A stretch of DNA of 5,635 nt from a virus. Taxonomy: Duplodnaviria > Heunggongvirae > Uroviricota > Caudoviricetes. The position numbers and the translations under genes were made by a program. The DNA is taken from the IMG/VR virus record IMGVR_UViG_2645727901_000019, one strand, 5' to 3'. Of this stretch, positions 4,349-5,635 are shown one piece after another. Numbering within the stretch: the first letter of the stretch is position 1; each line of letters opens with the position of its first letter. The notes beneath the pieces were generated by a model that saw only the letters and a program-made list of their open reading frames with translations, was not told the origin of the DNA and made no database searches.

Positions 4349-5635
4349 ATGAGTAACGCATCATACCCGACAGGCGTTGAAAACCATGGAGGATCACTCC
4401 GTATATGGTTTCACTATAATGGCAAACGTGTCAGAGAAAACCTCGGTGTTCCTGACACAGCCAAAAACCGGAAGATCGCTGGTGAACTTCGCACTTCCGT
4501 TTGTTTTGCAATCAGAATGGGGAGTTTCGACTACGCCGCGCAGTTCCCTAATTCCCCTAACCTGAAACACTTTGGTCTGGGAAAAAGAGAGATAACCGTT
4601 AAGGCACTTTCGGAAAAATGGTTGGACCTTAAGAAAATTGAGATTTGTGCGAATGCACTTAATCGTTACCAGTCAGTAATTAAAAACATGTTGCCTATGT
4701 TGGGTGAGAAAAAACTGGTTTCATCCATAACAAAAGAGGATTTACTTTTCGCAAGGAGAGATTTGTTGACCGGTTACCAAAAGCTTTCTAATGGAAAGAT
4801 TTCTTCCATAAAAGGGCGCTCAGTGGTCACAGTAAACTACTATATGACAACCATAGCTGGAATGTTTCAATTTGCAACAGATAATGGTTATACCTCAGGA
4901 AACCCATTTAACGGTCTGGCACCCTTAAAAAAGTCCAAGGTAAAACCAGATCCTCTCACCCGTGACGAATTTATTCGTTTTATTGAAGCTTGCCGTCATC
5001 AACAAACAAAAAACCTGTGGATTCTCGCTGTATACACGGGTATTCGTCACGGGGAGCTGGTATCGCTGGCATGGGAAGATATAGATCTTAAAGCAAGGAC
5101 TATAACCATCCGTAGGAATTATACAAAACTTGGCGAATTCACTCCACCAAAAACCGATGCTGGCACCGGAAGGACAATTCATCTGGTTCAACCAGCTATT
5201 GATGCTCTTAAAAGTCAGGCGGAAATGACCATGCTTGGAAAGCAACATTCTGTAGAGGTAAAGCAGAGGGAATATGGGAGAAGTACTGTGCATAAATGCA
5301 CTTTTGTTTTTAGTCCTCAGGTAATAAAACAGCGGCAGTTTTCCGGACCGCACTATAAGGTTGACTCCATCAGGGAGTCATGGACAAGTATCTTAAAACG
5401 CGCAGGTCTGAGACACAGAAAATCGTACCAATCCAGGCATACTTATGCATGCTGGTCACTTGCCGCTGGAGCTAATCCTAGTTTTATCGCAAGCCAGATG
5501 GGCCACACAAACGCACAAATGGTATTCAATGTTTACGGAGCATGGATGAAAGACAACAATCACGAACAGATAGAACTCCTTAACAAAAGACTATCTGAAA
5601 GTGTCCCATGTATGCCCCATAAGAAAGCTGGGTAA
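4349..5635 (+). CDS. int: Tyrosine site-specific recombinase / phage integrase (428 aa)
   Basis: GGGAGG SD 5 nt upstream of ATG 4349. Catalytic-domain signatures: box I Arg in TGIRHGELVSLAWEDIDL, Lys in PPKTDAGTGRTIHL, box II YQSRHTYACWSL, then GHTNAQMVFNVYGAW with the tyrosine nucleophile. N-terminal ~70 aa resemble an arm-binding domain. Stop TAA is the last codon of the window. Confidence 0.95.
   Translation: MSNASYPTGVENHGGSLRIWFHYNGKRVRENLGVPDTAKNRKIAGELRTSVCFAIRMGSFDYAAQFPNSPNLKHFGLGKREITVKALSEKWLDLKKIEICANALNRYQSVIKNMLPMLGEKKLVSSITKEDLLFARRDLLTGYQKLSNGKISSIKGRSVVTVNYYMTTIAGMFQFATDNGYTSGNPFNGLAPLKKSKVKPDPLTRDEFIRFIEACRHQQTKNLWILAVYTGIRHGELVSLAWEDIDLKARTITIRRNYTKLGEFTPPKTDAGTGRTIHLVQPAIDALKSQAEMTMLGKQHSVEVKQREYGRSTVHKCTFVFSPQVIKQRQFSGPHYKVDSIRESWTSILKRAGLRHRKSYQSRHTYACWSLAAGANPSFIASQMGHTNAQMVFNVYGAWMKDNNHEQIELLNKRLSESVPCMPHKKAG

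Noticed and set aside
4377-5353. ORFs nested in the integrase region (4377-4565 on +, 4925-5353 on -)
   Set aside because: Both lie inside the integrase CDS, whose catalytic motifs are unambiguous; they are alternative-frame or antisense artefacts.
1-5635. tRNA/rRNA genes, CRISPR arrays, transposase or IS elements, att site
   Set aside because: No cloverleaf-like or rRNA-like segments, no regularly spaced short repeats and no transposase-like ORF or terminal inverted repeats were seen. The att site is expected downstream of int, outside the window.

Overview
This 5.6-kb window reads as the distal end of a lambdoid-prophage early-left (pL-type) operon joined to its integration module, probably from an enterobacterial host (inferred from the ~50% GC core, codon usage and Ea22-like N-termini). 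Every gene I can support is on the + strand, packed head-to-tail with overlapping or abutting stop/start codons (ATGA/GTGA junctions). The window ends exactly on the stop codon of a 428-aa tyrosine integrase, preceded by a small excisionase-like gene, so the att site must lie beyond the 3' end and is not visible. No rRNA, tRNA, CRISPR array or transposase is detectable. Points worth a second look, in window order: (1) a low-GC (~38%) insert at ~61-600 carrying a winged-HTH gene, overlapped by a small membrane-protein gene; (2) two Ea22-like N-terminal modules that share a 59-bp junction block, the first truncated after 61 codons; (3) a 171-aa protein at 2307-2822 with a textbook PD-(D/E)xK nuclease motif, translationally coupled to a 252-aa repeat-containing protein; (4) a 27-codon hydrophobic peptide gene at 3574-3657 with a strong Shine-Dalgarno, absent from the ORF track. 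The nuclease-led cassette (2307-3904) and the wHTH/membrane pair are the best candidates for an uncharacterised accessory system, but no function can be established from sequence alone. All family assignments are from reading the translations and from memory, not from database searches.
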